63,471 nucleotides of DNA from Octopus sinensis (Eukaryota), in the NCBI RefSeq assembly GCF_006345805.1, contig NW_021831823.1, positions 1 to 63,471 of the forward strand, given 5' to 3'. Shown in pieces: positions 1-15,465 of this stretch; positions within the stretch are counted from its first letter, which is position 1, and every line of letters begins with the position of its first letter. The notes under the pieces are model-generated. The model was not told where the DNA came from. It saw only the letters and a list, made by a program, of their open reading frames with translations, and ran no database searches. A program made the translations under genes and the position numbers.

Positions 1-110
1 TTTATATCTACATAAACTATAGTTTTATGATGAAACTTGATGTTGATTGAAAACAGGCCCTCCGCAGGAGCTAGGTCGGGTGAGCTGAAGAAGGCGAGCT
101 GCCGAGCTAG
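1..110 (+). mobile_element. Helitron 3' terminus
   Basis: GC-rich palindromic segment ending in CTAG followed by T; homologous to 13410-13500, which follows a Helitron helicase remnant. Confidence 0.6.
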
Positions 111-120
111 TAATAATAAT

Positions 121-1881
121 AAATTCTCTTATCCGCCATTTTCCTAGAAAAAATTCTCGAATCCGCCAAATTCTCAAATCCGCCATATTTTTATAATGAA
201 TCCGCCATGTGTCCTAATTTTAAATAATTTTTTTAATTAAATTTACTGATATATAATCAATTTATTAACACGTTACATCTGTCTTTGTTGTTGTATTAAT
301 GAAACGTAACTGTACAGACTAAAAAGCAATCAAAAAATTGAGATTTTGAAGTTTATTCAAACAAATAATGAATTATCTTCACTAAAAATTTCTGAGATTT
401 TTTCAACAAAATACAACTTGCCTGTTTCTCGCCGATCTATTAATGATCTGAAAAGTAAAAGAGGATCTAACATTATGTTTCATAACCTAAGATCTGACAT
501 TTCCCGCAAACAATATTTAAAGTTTACTGAAATCGATGATAATACTATTGCTTGGGTCAATTCAATGGATCTTAAAGGAGCCATTTTAAATGATAGGATT
601 GTTACTGAGAAAGCAAAAGCCTTTGCATTGAATCTCGAGATTACTGAATTCAAAGGAAGCAAAGGGTGGTTAGTTAAATTTAAAAAGAGGAATGGTTTGA
701 AATTACGTAATATGCATGGAGAATCTGCAACTCCAAATTTAGTATCAGATTTCATTGAATTAATCAAAAATAAAATCAGTCTTTACGGAGCTCAAAATGT
801 TTATAATGCCGATGAAACTGGCTTATTTTACAAAATGATACCGTCTAAGAGTGTTTGTAAAACCATTAAATCTGGCTATAAAGTCCTGAAAGACAGAGTT
901 TCTGTTATGTTATGTACAAATGTTGACGGTACAGATAAGCGAACACCCTTACTAATTGGGTTGTTTAAAAATCCAAGATTTTTCAAGAATTTCGATATCA
1001 AAAAATATGTTATATATTCAAATTCAAAGAGAGCATGGATGGATAGCAGAATTTTTAATCAATTTCTATTAAAATGGGAAATGGAATTGCGAAAACAAGA
1101 TAGAAAAATTTTTCTTGTTGTAGATCAATCTCTTAAAACAAATTGAGATGTTATTTCTACCACCTAATACAACATCTTTTTTACAGCCCATGGATCAGGG
1201 CATAATTAAATCGTATAAATGTAAATTCAATTCTCTAAAATTTTCTAATATAATTCAAAAAATTGAAGCTGGGACAAACCCCTATGTTGCACACAAACAA
1301 CTAAGCATAAAAGATTCAATATTATTTACATATTATGCTTGGAACAAAATAGAAAGTTCCTTAATTTTAAATTGTTTCATTCATGCAGAATGGACTCAAA
1401 ACAATGCAAATATTAATTATGAAAATCCCTTATTGAAAATTATGATAATATTCTGGAAAAAATGGATATTATTGATCCGTTAGAAGAAAGTCTTTATATT
1501 GAGATTGAATATAATGAAAGTGAAGAACTTGAATTAAATAATTCAGAAAAAATAGAACAAGAAATTAGCGAAGAACCGTGTGAACAAAGTCAGAAAGTTG
1601 TTACCATTAACGAGGCTTTTATCGCTTTAAACAAATTAAAAGAGTTCTATAATCAAGAAGAATTCTTTAATATAGAAAATCTTGAGTATATTGAAAACAT
1701 TGGATCTTCAATGATCCAAACTCTAAGAAGAAACAAGTCGAAACTTACTGATTTTTTTGTTTTTAATTAATTATTTTGGCTTAATAATTTAAATTATTAA
1801 TGGATTAAAAAATCGATAAGTCTCTCGAATCCGCCAGATTTTGCCGATCCCCGAAATTGGCGGATTCGAGAGACTTTACTG
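121..1881 (+). mobile_element. Tigger/pogo DNA transposon, frameshifted transposase, left TIR not seen
   Basis: ORFs 346-1146, 1148-1483 and 1462-1770 give CENPB-type HTH (FKGSKGWLVKFKKRN), YNADETGLFY and FLPPNTTSFLQPMDQGII; right TIR ...GGCGGATTCGAGAGACTTTACTG followed by TA; internal AATCCGCCA repeats. Confidence 0.9.
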
Positions 1882-1889
1882 TAATTAGT

Positions 1890-2342
1890 TTTAGATACGG
1901 AATCCATTTTTGGTTAGTCATAGTAATGAGTTATCACCGTTCGAAAATATGGAGCTTATTGAACTATTTAATGGTCGTACCTTAAAATTATCACATACGG
2001 AATTAAATATTGGCGAATTTTGGATCAAAATTCGTTCTAGATTTCCAAAAATAACAGATAAAGCAATGCGGATCATTCTACAATTTGCAACAACTTATTT
2101 GTGTGAAACGGGATTTTCTGCATTACAAAACATTAAAACAAATAAGCGAGAAAATCTACTGGATTTAGATTCAGAAATGCGACTGGCCTTATCAAATATT
2201 GAGCCAGACATAGAAAAATTATGTAAAAATAATAAATTTTAAATTTGGAATTTTATAATTATGTTTTGGTTTTTGATTATGTGCTGCGAGATTATTTTTT
2301 ATTAGCATTTGCGCCGCGAGAAATTTCTCGTGAAAACCTATG
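1890..2342 (+). mobile_element. hAT (Buster/Charlie-like) 3' fragment
   Basis: ORF 1910-2242 is a hAT dimerisation domain (FW...FATTYLCETGFS...MRLALSNIEPDI); terminus ...GAAAACCTATG followed by an nnnTAnnn flank (GTCTATTT). Confidence 0.8.
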
Positions 2343-2795
2343 GTCTATTTGGTGCGAGAATATAACATTTTCCATTAAAACAGTCTAAACTGAATTTTAT
2401 CTCTATTTTATAAGAAATCAAAACTCTTATGTCGATGATTCCATTTTGAATTGTTTCTTATTCAACACTTTAGAGAGATGATAACTAACTTATTTAAATT
2501 TTAGTAAAGGTTGATTTACAGAATATTTTGTAATGAAGACATTAATAAGCATTATTTCCCCCATTATCTTTCTATGTTGAATATGTATTTGTTTTAATCA
2601 CAATTTTTTATTCATGCTTATATTTTCTGAATTTCTAACAAATATTAACATCCAATATATTATTGTCGATAATCTGATTAAACTCACCAATAACCAATTT
2701 TTATGTAAATTAAAAGCAAATTAGAGCCATTTCTTAGAAAACCAAACTCAAATCCTTGATTTGTGCTCAATCAATGAAAATCGCATAAACATATA

Positions 2796-4564
2796 CAGTA
2801 GACTATCCATTTAACGAAAAAAAATTTAACGAAAATATTCATTTTACGAAAGTCAAAATATTTTTTTACGTTTTTCCTTAGATAAATTCAAAAATAAAAT
2901 TTTTTTTTCTTTGTATTAGTGAATGTTTAAATATATTTAACGAATATTTAAATAACGAAAATTAAAATTTTTGATAAAATTTTAAAATAATTTTTCCTCG
3001 CTATTTCTTTGTAGTAAACCATGTGTGCAAGGGTGAACAATATAAAGAAAAAAAGAAAAACTTATCAAATTCAACAAAAACTGGAAGTTATTGATTTCAA
3101 GAAGAATAATCCTGCTGTTACTCAAGAAAATTTGGCTCAGCGGTTTAATATGCCTATTGGAGTGATCAATTCAACGTTGAAGAAAATGCAATTGTATGGA
3201 TCAAGGCGTCACAAACAAAAAAAGAATATTACATTTAAAAGTTGTACTGATAAGATATATGAACCACTATATGCATGGATTCAGAACAAACGTTTCTGTA
3301 ATCACACCATAACTAATAAAATGGTACGCGAAATGGCACTCAAAATTGCTCAACGATTTTATATTGAAAATTTCAAAGCATCTCACCCATGGATTTCACG
3401 CTTTAAGAAAGAGTATAAAATAAAAACACTCACGATTTCTGGAGAAGAACAATTAGTGGATCCCGTTTTGCTTATAGATTCATATGAACGCTTTGCAGCC
3501 ATGTTAAAAAAATATGGATCGAAAAATTTTTACAACTGCGATGAAACTGCCCTTTTTTCAAATGTACTGCAAAAAAAACATTAGTTCTTGACTCCGAATC
3601 AAGGGCTTTAGGAAAATTTTCTAAAGAACGAATAACACTGTTATTATGCACAAATATGGAAGGAGATAAAGAGCATCCGTTGGTAATCGGAAAATTCAAA
3701 AATCCTCATGGTTTTAAAAATATTAATATGAATAATCTTGGGATTCAATATGCAAATAGCAATAAATCTTGGATGACCAGTTTAATTTTTAAAAACTGGG
3801 TTGAACGGTTAAATTCCAAAATGAGTGTGGAAAATAGAAAGATTTTGCTTCTTTTAGATAATGCGCCAGTTCACTATTTTGATGGCGAATTCAGTAATAT
3901 CGAATTGTATTTTCTTCCTCCAAAGACAACATCTAAGATTCAACCAATTGATCAAGGGATTGTGCATTCATTTAAATCGTGGTATAAAAAAGGAATGACT
4001 AGAAATTTGAGTATGGGAACAAATATAGGAACATTGTCATATACAGATGAACTTACCAAATTCAAATTAGTGAATGCTCTACCTTTAATTATTGAGGCTT
4101 GAAACGAAGTCACAGTGGACACTATCAAAAATTGCTTTAACAAGGCATTAAATAATTCGGCGAAAAGGTATTAAATTTAAATCACCTTACAATTAAAGAT
4201 AATAAAAGTGAAATTATGATTGAGTTTCCTGTCTGTGCACCTGTCGTCTGCGAAGAAAACGCGTATCTTGATACAATACAATGTGAGGAAGAAAATGAGC
4301 ATGAAGAAATAGATAGCACAAATGACAATCCCATTGGTTATGCAGATGCACTTAAATATTTGGAAAATATTGAAAAATATTTTTTGCAAAAATCTGGTGA
4401 ACATATTCACCTAATTACAAATTTGAGAAATATATTGGCAAAAATTAAAAAGAAGGAACCTAAAATTACCGATTACATGACACATTTTTAATTAAACAAT
4501 TTTTTTCGTTAAATTCATTTAACGAATGCTCAATTTTCATTTTCGTTAAATGAATAGTCTACTG
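2796..4564 (+). mobile_element. Full-length Tigger/pogo element, decayed transposase
   Basis: TIRs CAGTAGACTAT(C/T)CATTTAACGAAAA with TA flanks; ORFs 3021-3584, 3656-4102 and 4216-4491 carry the HTH, NCDETALF, LLLDNAPVH and QPIDQGI. Confidence 0.93.
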
Positions 4565-4640
4565 TATTTGTCGAAACAAAGGTAGGAAAAGCAGCATTTC
4601 GCAACCAAAAATAATTTATTTATTTATTAAAAATATAACA

Positions 4641-6235
<1,595 letters not shown>

Positions 6236-6319
6236 TAATACACTCTATTTTATTTATAATAAATAATAATAAAATAAATAATAAAATATATATAAATAAT
6301 AAATTATAAATATAATTAG

Positions 6320-7761
6320 ATGGAAAGAAGTATGTAAGTGAATATATAGGTAGGTCAAGAAGAGAACAAAATAATAATAAGCAAATACCACTCCCCTCAG
6401 CCCGCCTCCCAGGAAGGCCAGCACTTTGACTCGTACGGATTCATCATATCCGAGACAGACAAAGAAGAGGCGGGAAAATTCAGCAAAGTTAAAAAAATAA
6501 AAATTTGGCAGAAAACAGAAATGCCCACAAAGGAGGCCCTCAAAGACCTGAGGAACGTCAAGTCAATTCTCCAGAAAGACATGCCCAATTTCTTCCGAAG
6601 CAAAGCCTGGAAAGTGGTCATGTCGATCGACAAAATAAAACAAGCAAACGACGGAAATTATGCCGTTTCCTGCTAATTTAAACATTTAAAGAAAATAAAG
6701 GCATTTGCCCTGGCCAACTCGACCTACGCCTGGCAGATCGACGTGGACGTGGAGCGGACGTTGAGGAACCACCGGGACTTTGCCACTCGATACAGTCCAA
6801 AGTACCCTGAGGGACTGACCCAGACAAATGGAACTCTTCCACGTCCTTCTGGCCTACTCTGTCTATAATCCTGAAGTGGGGTACTGTCAGGGAATGAATG
6901 GCATTGCTGCTGTTCTACTCATCTATATGGACGAGGAGGAGGCCTTCTGGGCTATCGAACAACTCTTTTCCTCCAAAACTCACTTCCTTCATGGTCCTCG
7001 ACTTACTGTCACTCATAGGGGTCTTCACTAGGGGCTTTCCTAAGCTCCTTATGCTGCAACATCAGCATAATATTCTGTTGAGGGACTTGTGTCCCACAGT
7101 GCACAACTTATTTGTTCGACATCTTTATATTTTATTATTAATTAAATATATAATTAATATATAATTTAGTTAAATACAAATTATGATACTCCCATATATT
7201 CTTCAAAATGGTTCATACAACTTTTCATGGACAGAGTATATATTATCGATTATTTAATTTAGCTTCCTTTTCCCGCCGTTTTGAGGGTATACGACATGTT
7301 CCTGGTCCAAGGGGACATTGTGCTGACTGTGATGGCCTTCACCATCATCAGACTGCTTAGAAGTGGGCTGTAGTGGTCACAGTAGAAACCCTCAAGAAAT
7401 TGGACTTTGAAGGGATCAACGACCTTCTTAATTCTGAACTTCCTGAAATTTCCCGCCTATTTTTTAAATATAAAGTTGGTTGATGTGGTGATTTTTTTAG
7501 AAATATTTAAAAATTATTTCAAAAATTAAATTCTCGTTGCCTCCTCATCTCAGGTACAGTCCTGTCCTCCCAGTCACCATTTTGGACAATCCTGCAGACT
7601 TTGAGAGGGTTTGGAGCGAATTTGTGCCGAGGGGGGCCACTTTGGAGGACATCATTGCCTTCGTGGTCAAAAATAAGGTCACAATTGAAGAAAAACAAGA
7701 GGAGGGGTCCTCGGAAGATACTATGATGAGTACCAACGAGAGTAGTTTTAGTCTATGTTAA
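6320..7761 (+). CDS. USP6NL: TBC-domain Rab-GAP, USP6NL/RN-tre-like, multi-exon
   Basis: Spliced reading: [66 protein letters not shown]; 7 GT-AG introns (six 22-27 nt, one about 56 nt). Confidence 0.88.
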
Positions 7762-7853
7762 AATACTATTTAATAATCAGGAAAATAATTAATAAAGTTT
7801 ATAATTAATAAAGTTTATAATTTTGTTTCCTAGGAAATATAAAATAAAATTTA

Positions 7854-8358
7854 ATGTCATCCAAGCGAGGTGGTGCCTATAATTATACAAGGCAAGTCAA
7901 CGAGGACTGAGGCCCCTCAGGTGGAGAAGGGTACCTTCATATTCCCCAACGGTGACAAATACGGTGTGACCCCCTTATAACCCCCAGAAGGTGACTACAT
8001 CAAATTGTCAACAGAAGGAATAGTACGTGAAGGGAAGGGGAAGCACACAGGGAGTGAGGGGATTGTGTACGAGGGGGAATGGGTGGGGGATGCACTCACT
8101 GGGATGGGGTCCGTCCATTTCGAGGGGGCCTCCTACTGCGGGTCCTTCCTCAACAACATGTTCCACGGAGAGGGGGTCTACTCGTTTGGGGACGGCTATA
8201 CCTACGAGGGGTGTTTCTCTCAGAATAAGTATTCTTTGGGCTTATCTGGGTTGGTTGGTACGGGCAGGTTGACTGACAGTCTGGGACAGGTCTGGATTGG
8301 GGACTTTCACTGTCGATCTGCAGAGGGACTGCGGCTGGAGATGGATTTTCAAAACTGA
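7854..8358 (+). CDS. MORN2: MORN repeat-containing protein 2-like
   Basis: FIFPNGDKY|EGDY, YEGEW, GASYCGSFLNNMFHGEGVYSF, C-terminal GQVWIGDFH..AEGLRL; two GT-AG micro-introns plus one atypical 21-nt segment. Confidence 0.8.
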
Positions 8359-8469
8359 TTTGCACTAATAATGTCTTAAAAATTAATTTTGTTTAATTAT
8401 TATTTATATTTGAATTGTTTTTTATTTTATAATAAATTATTTAATTAATTCCTCAATTTAAATATTGAA

Positions 8470-9016
8470 ATGGTTTTCAGTTTATTAGTATTATTTTCAG
8501 ACTAATCACTCAGAAGAATTCGTCGAAGAAATCAAAGCAATATTCGACCTCTACGACGAAATTGGGGACAAGAAAATAAAAATCAAAAACGTGGGCGATA
8601 TTTTATATAACCTCCAAATTCCCGCCACTCTTGCAGAGATCGACAAGTGCACTTCCTCTCTCGGGGGACCAGGTAATCCAAAACACCAAGTCCAGAGTCG
8701 AGGATATCGTTTGACCAGTTTTTGCCAATTGTGAGCTCGATTGGGAAGCGGAAGGACACGTTCAACCACAAAGAGTACATCGAGGTCTTCAAGATGTACG
8801 ACCGAGATGGTTCTGGCAAAATTTGTGTCGCCGAATTTAGAAATTTGTTGACTTCCGTCGGTTTGATTGGTTTGAAGACATTTCAGGGGAACCTCTCACT
8901 CTCGAGGAGTTTGGGGAAATCAACAAAATATTCTCGGTCAGTGGACATGTCGAATATGAGAGTTTATCACCTTTTTTTATTTTTTAGAATTCGTCAAAGA
9001 AATTATGACCGAGTGA
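8470..9016 (+). CDS. Myosin essential light chain (EF-hand)
   Basis: Spliced reading: EIKAIFDLYDEIGDKKI...VGDIL, RISFDQFLPIV, EYIEVFKMYDRDGSGKICVAEFRNLLTSVGEPLT, YEKFVKEIM; four introns of 23-28 nt. Confidence 0.88.
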
Positions 9017-11319
9017 CGTAAGTCGTTCTTGATTAGTTATGGGTTATGAATAATTGTTAAAAATATTAATAAAGGGATTTCATTTATTATTTCTGTAGTG
9101 TAGTTTGTCAGTGTTTTGAATAGACTCGATTATTTATTTGAACAGACTTTTTGTGGAAAGATCATTTTCTGAATTGTTAGTTTATGTACAAATTGGAATA
9201 AAAATTTAATTTGGTCCTTAATGTGTACATCAGTTGCATGATTTCGCGTAGTGGACTATTCTTATGAATACATTTATTTCATATTTATACTTTTAAATAG
9301 TTTCTTCGGTGCAATATTATTTGAACTGTTTAGAAATTGATCAATGAAAAATTGGTCGTGAAAACTTGGCTGTAAGATTCATTATTCCCGCAACTGTTTG
9401 TTATCGACTGGAATCTTCTCAGTCGAAAACAACATTCCAAATTCCCCACATTGTTAATTAATCAAGAAGGCCCTAATATGGTGACGTACTTGATAAATCA
9501 TTTATTTTTGTGTGAATGATTTTAAACTTTGTAAAGAGGATATGAAATGATGGAAATAGTTCGGAATTTTTTCAAAATTAATTGGATTATCTACGGGTTT
9601 TTATGACATTAAATAAAGAGGAAGATTTTATAACACAAAGGAAATAATTTCTTCAATGAATACGCATTGTCGTATTGGATTGATCAACATCGAATTTTTT
9701 GAATTTGAAAATATTGAACCGCAAATCATGGGGTTGCTTGTTTCTCTCAGAATGCTTTTAAAAATATGATTCAAACAAAAGAAATATCACATCCAATTTT
9801 TATCAAGAAAAATAAACCATTATTGAGATGTGAAAGAGTTAGTACAAGGCCAAATTAAAAAAAATATTCATTGTTGTGTTGTACGATTTTTATGCCTTGT
9901 TTTGTATTTTCTTTTAGTAGTGAATATTTATTGACCAAAACAACAGGTTAGTTTAGGTTATCCAATTGGATATCTCATAAGCTAATTTTCTCCATCCCTC
10001 CAGATCATTCGCAATTTTGAGAAGCCAGAATAATATATAGCGAAATTATCAAAACAAAAAAAACCACTTTCAATTCAGTGAAGCTCATTTTGTATAAGCA
10101 AGTTAATATCAAGCCTTGGCATTTCCCTTTTTTACGACTTCTAGTTTCTCTTTCCTTTTAGATACAGCTTTTATATTCTCATAATTTTCAGAAACTGTAA
10201 AAAACCACAACAACAATTAATGATTAATTTTTAATTAATGTCGATTCTGTTCCTCTTCAAGCAGGTGCCATCTGTGGATATTCTTGTAGAGACGACAATA
10301 AATACGGATACAAAAATCGAGAATAACAAGCAGGAAATCCTTAAATATAATCAAATAGGAATTTAGACAGAACTAAATGAGATGAATAAAGAAAATAAGA
10401 TTTCTCAGTTGAGCATTTATTCTCAGGTATTATCAATACAGGTCTCAATTCATCATAGAAAATAAAGAATAACTACATTCATATGTGCATAACAACCACA
10501 ATAACTAAAATAAGAAGTTTTTTGAGTTCTAATAAACCAGCACCAACAGAACAAATAACTAATAAAAAATAAACGTGTTAGTTATGAATTCATATTTTCA
10601 GTATTTATTCATAAAATAATATAATTAAAAAAAATTATTTACTAAGTAATTTATCCTGTTTTCAATGATTTATAAATTTTGGTTTAAAATAAAAAACTTC
10701 ATTAATTGAAAATGGATTCAATAATCAGGTAAGTTTTTAGTTTTTAACTTTTTTATAGGTTTTTGCAAGAGCATTTTCTTGTTGTGTACTGCATGTCTGT
10801 TTCAAGCAAGATGAATGAAACATATCCTAATGACCTATCTACGAAGAATATTGATAGAGAAAACACTACTAACGTAGAGAAAGTGGTCAGGGGGCAGCAT
10901 GAAACTCAAGAAATCGACATCGAACCTCATCCCTGTGTTACAGAACCTGTTTTTCGAACAAGACTACTATCTTTACAAGCAATTGGGTGTCCTATGTAGT
11001 ATTAGATCTTAAGCGGTTTTATACAACCAACTGTGTTGCGATGCCGTGCATGGAAGGAACAATTGTAGACTCAGAAGAACAAAGATAAATCTAATACAGT
11101 AAACCAAAATAAAATACAAATATGTCTCAAATTTATTTTTAACATGGAATAAAGTATTTTACATTTTTTAGTTTTCTGAAATATATTTATGCGTTTTTTA
11201 TGAAATCGAAACTTCAAAACCAAAAAAACTGAACAAATTTAAATTACTTAAATATATCAAAGAAAAAGTTTAATTTTTTTTATATTCGTTCAAATTCAAT
11301 CATTTGTAATTATTTATTT

Positions 11320-11460
11320 ATTAAATCACCAAGACCACAGTATAAACCGAACAAACGTCACGTAATCCACTCAACCAGGGACCTCATCCTCGCTCGATGA
11401 TCTTTCCTCAAGCCCACACAAGATCCGACCGGGCGGCTGGCCGCATTTGTCGGGGCATTT
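11320..11460 (-). mobile_element. 3' end fragment of the non-LTR element seen at 24890-25480
   Basis: Clear nucleotide similarity to 24897-25030 (CACCAAGACCAC...CACTCAACCAGGGAC..CATCCTCGCTCG...AGCCCACACAAGATC) with an A-rich tail on the minus strand. Confidence 0.7.
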
Positions 11461-11639
11461 GCAAACAGACATGGCTAATCATACAACATCTAAAGAAAAA
11501 TGCATAATTGGCATGTATAAATCTGGAAAAAAACACAGAGAAGTACAAGATATCACCAAAAGATAAAAACCTGGGTCTGGTCGGCATTTTGCGTGCACAA
11601 TTAATAAATAATTTGTTTTCATTTGGTACAATAACTATA

Positions 11640-12900
11640 ATAAGTTATTAATAAATATAGCATTTTGTTCGTAAAATACATATAAGTGAACATGAATGAT
11701 ACAAATTACTCTCATACACGTACAACGACAATGGCCTACAAAAACCTCCCTTTGATTTATTAAAATATTCCAAACAAGATTTATTCTCACGTGAAAACCC
11801 GAAGATTTCGAAAATAACACTTAAAATTATCATAAGAATTGTTTCAGTACAATCACTGTTCACATTTTTATCAGAATTCAAAAATGTCTTAATATTAATT
11901 GTTTTAGATTTGAACAACCAATAAAAATAAGAATAACGATCAATGATAAATAAAATAGAAATAATAAAACAAATGTATCTAAATGTAAAATATAAATATT
12001 AAAACAAACAGTAATACATAGCAATCTAATTGGCCAATTTTAGAAAAATCTAAAATTTGCTATTAAATACACAAATAAACCCGACAACAAATAATGGCAA
12101 ACGTATAAGAATATTAATCATAAAAATACTCATTGACATTAAAATGAGTGTCCATCGAAAAATTGGATTTATTAGGTAAACTGTCACTGAAGGACTGAAG
12201 AGAGTTGGTGACGGAATGAATCACCTGCTTGTGTTTACAATCGACACAAATAATTACCTCACTCTCTTCAAGACACATACACTATTTGTGAGGAATGAAG
12301 ACTGACTGCTTGCATATTCCTGGTTTGGTTTGAATAGTTATACTTGGTTTCCTGACTGCTTTAATATTTGTTTAAATATATCAATTAATTCTTCTTTGGT
12401 CAGCCATTTTAAAATAAACCATGTCAGCAAATATGTTTGATTTTTATTTTTTGATATATACTAATAATCTACCATTTTTATATAGCAAAACCTATGAAAT
12501 AATCATTATTAAGAGCCTAGTCTTTGACTTAAAATACAAACTAATCAGGATTTCCAGAATGTGCTAGACTATTCTATACCATTTTCTCTACACAATTTTA
12601 TGTCAAGAACAAATTGAAGAGTTTCAGAAGCTACAAAAAGAGCATTTATAAATAAGGATGAAGAAGGTGGCGATTATATACAGCTTAGTCGAGATCTTAG
12701 TGTCAAGAGGACAACAGCTATGGCCATTGTAAAAAGTAAAAATCCGTATGTCTGTAAATGTGGAGGTAGAAGAGATGCTACGATTAAACTTACGGATTAT
12801 GATATGAATTTGATAATTAATATCTATTTTTTCACTGATTTCAGTAATCACCATCGATAACATTGAAAGAAATACGAACATTTGTAAATAATCAAATTGT
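11640..12900 (-). CDS. Possible divergent membrane-protein gene (structure unresolved)
   Basis: Two GT-AG segments of 23-24 nt near 12260-12345 join an open frame; hydrophobic runs at 11900-12120; no family recognised. Confidence 0.3.
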
Positions 12901-13029
12901 CAAAATCTTTTTCCTTTATAATTAGTCAATAATGGGGAACAAGCCCAAAATTATGCGGTTTTCCAAAAATCCTCTATTTACGACATCCTCAAAAAATCCA
13001 AAAAAAGAAAACTTAAAAAAATAAAAATC

Positions 13030-13500
13030 TTGTGCCACCAATATTATGCAACGGAACAAGGTTAGTTATCAAAAATTTGATGGTTAACGTAATAGAAGCG
13101 ACGATATTAACAGGTAAGTATAGATGTGAGGATGTTTAATTATTTCTGATAAATTACTGTTTAGATTTAAAAGGCTGTAATTTCCGTTGAAAATAAGTTT
13201 TGCGATGACAATAAACAAGGCTCAGGGATAGTCGTTAAAAGTAGTTGGCTTTTTTTAGAGAGTGAATGCTTTTACCACGGATAGCTGTATGTGGAATGTT
13301 CAAGGGTAGGCAGAAGAGGAAATTTATTCATATATGCCAAAAAGGAACGGACAACAAACATCGTTTATCAATAGGCGTTAGAATAGGGCTACATCAAACC
13401 AGGTCGTTTAATATATTTACATAAACTTATAGTTGTTTGATGAAACAGGCTCTCCCCAGGAGTTAGGTCGTGGTGAGGGAAACAAGCTGCCGAGCTTGTT
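13030..13500 (+). mobile_element. Helitron Rep/Hel helicase C-terminal remnant and 3' end
   Basis: Degenerate translation LCNGTRLVIKNL..NVIEATILTG...FPLKISFAMTINKAQG*SL...HG*LYV.CSRVG (PIF1-like motifs). Confidence 0.85.
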
Positions 13501-14364
13501 ATTTAAATGGATAATGCTCCAATCCATTAAAAACGAAATTTTGAAAGCCTACAAGTAACACACGAATTTTTAGAGAAATGCTGAAAAAATCATTGCAAAT
13601 TGTACCCTTGGGATTCCATTAACCTGATTAATAAAATTATCTTTATTCACTCTATCTTGATTTAGTCGATTAGAAAAAGTCCGTTATAAAAATATTTGTC
13701 AAAATATACGCATTAAAATAATTATAAGTACATATGAAATGAGACAAAATTTCTAATTAATCAAACATCATACAAAACCGGCTCTCAGGATTGAGAGACA
13801 ATTCCACGTAAGACAGCCAGCGAGATCCTCTGAATAAGGATTTAAATTCCCTGTGATCTCCGGAACGAATGGTGCACAAACGACCAAGTTTGTCAAAATT
13901 GATCTAATAAATGTCAGGATTGAATATCGTATAGTTAAAATTGCTGCAAAATATGTCAATATTGCTCATCGCATTGTCAGAATGAGAATGGTGCATTGTT
14001 AAAATTAAATATCGCATAGTCAAAATAGATATAAAAATTGTCAGGATTGAACTGAAAATGGTATAGACGCTTATTTCGAAACTGTTGTAGATGAACTTAA
14101 TCCGGAAACATGATAAGGTTATTTATCGAAAGGCTGTCATTAGGGATTATTTACAGACGGTCTTTGTTGATTTATGTGGAAAGTCACAAAAAGTAACAAA
14201 CGTGTAATTTTAATGACTGGCGGATAAAATGAGTTGAAACTGTCAGAAAATCAGACAATTTAGTGGAGATTGATTGATTACAATTGTCAATCAACATTGC
14301 TTGACTAGGCACTCACAAGAAAGGAATGTATGCGTGAGTATATTTTTGAATACATTTTCAAATA

Positions 14365-14601
14365 GAAATAGCTGACCTTACAGAGCAGTTGAATTCATAC
14401 AAACAGTCCAATCAGATCAGTCCATCTTCCAAAGACAGTCTGGATGATATCTCTGCTTCAAACTCGCCCAAAGACAAACAAATCAGAGCCTTGAAGGGCC
14501 AAATTGAGTCAATGGAGACTGAGAGAGTTATTTGTCTAAGGGAATGCCATTCAATATGTCTCGGGCTCACTGCTTACTCCGATGAACCTCATTTTGTTTG
14601 A
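14365..14601 (+). CDS. Exon-like coiled-coil fragment
   Basis: Open frame after an AG acceptor: IADLTEQLNSYK...KDKQIRALKGQIESMETER; rest of the gene not resolved. Confidence 0.25.
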   Translation, partial: EIADLTEQLNSYKQSNQISPSSKDSLDDISASNSPKDKQIRALKGQIESMETERVICLRECHSICLGLTAYSDEPHFV

Positions 14602-14982
14602 TATATATAATGTGATTAATTATTTTTAAATAATGTGCTTAGGTAGTGTTATGTTGGGGACTAGGCACAATCACTCTAAAATGATGGCCCTCCAGATTAT
14701 TTAATCTGAAAATTTTAATCGCCACTAAAATGTTAATTGTGCTTATAACAATAAATTATGAGAGTGTGTAACCAACACACACCATTGCAGTACATTTACT
14801 CTATTAGAAGGAAATGGCTATCAATTGACTGTCATTAAATGTGTATTTATTATCATTTACCCGTCAGTAACGTCATTGATATATTCTCATTCACTTTTTA
14901 AAGGCAGTTTAAAGTGTTATGAATGACAAGACTAATGCTTTATACGGTTACTGGTAGAGGGAGCTGAGACTATTTCTTATTA

Positions 14983-15165
14983 TGTGACATGGGCGGCTGG
15001 ATACGCATAGACAACCGGTTACATTTTACCTTGAACAAATTAATCATTGAATATCTTGAAAGAATAATACATTTTAACAAAAAATATCAAAGGATTTAAT
15101 TTCGACATCTACAAGGTCAAAAAATGTAACCGGTTGCCTATGCGTAACGCGTTGCCCATGTCACA
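14983..15165. mobile_element. MITE with TGT...ACA ends (Ginger-like)
   Basis: About 50 bp imperfect TIR TGTGACATGGGC...TACGCATAG.CAACCGGTTACATTTT; flanks TATTA/TATTG. Confidence 0.8.
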
Positions 15166-15465
15166 TATTGGAATAATGCAGGTCAATAAACTAGAGAATT
15201 TAAGCATTCCTTTATTCGCTTAACAACGATTTCATATCATCAAACAAATAGTTAAATCAATAATGTTACACCTCAATTGATTTAAATTGTATATATACAA
15301 CGCACAACCAAAATAAACTATTTAATACAATTCAGGTATTTTACATGAAGTATATCACCCGACAGATAACAAAGAGACTAATCAATTGAATTTAAACTAC
15401 AATTAATTTCCCAATTGATTATTGGCGCAGAATTATAAATAAATTGAACGCTATTTGAGCAATTA

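Noticed and set aside
346-1770. Programmed frameshifting or domestication of Tigger transposases
   Set aside because: Multiple irregular frameshifts and stops in each copy fit decay or assembly indels.
9100-11300. AT-rich region with short ORFs such as 10763-10999
   Set aside because: No recognisable motifs, termini or spliceable frame; probably decayed repeats.
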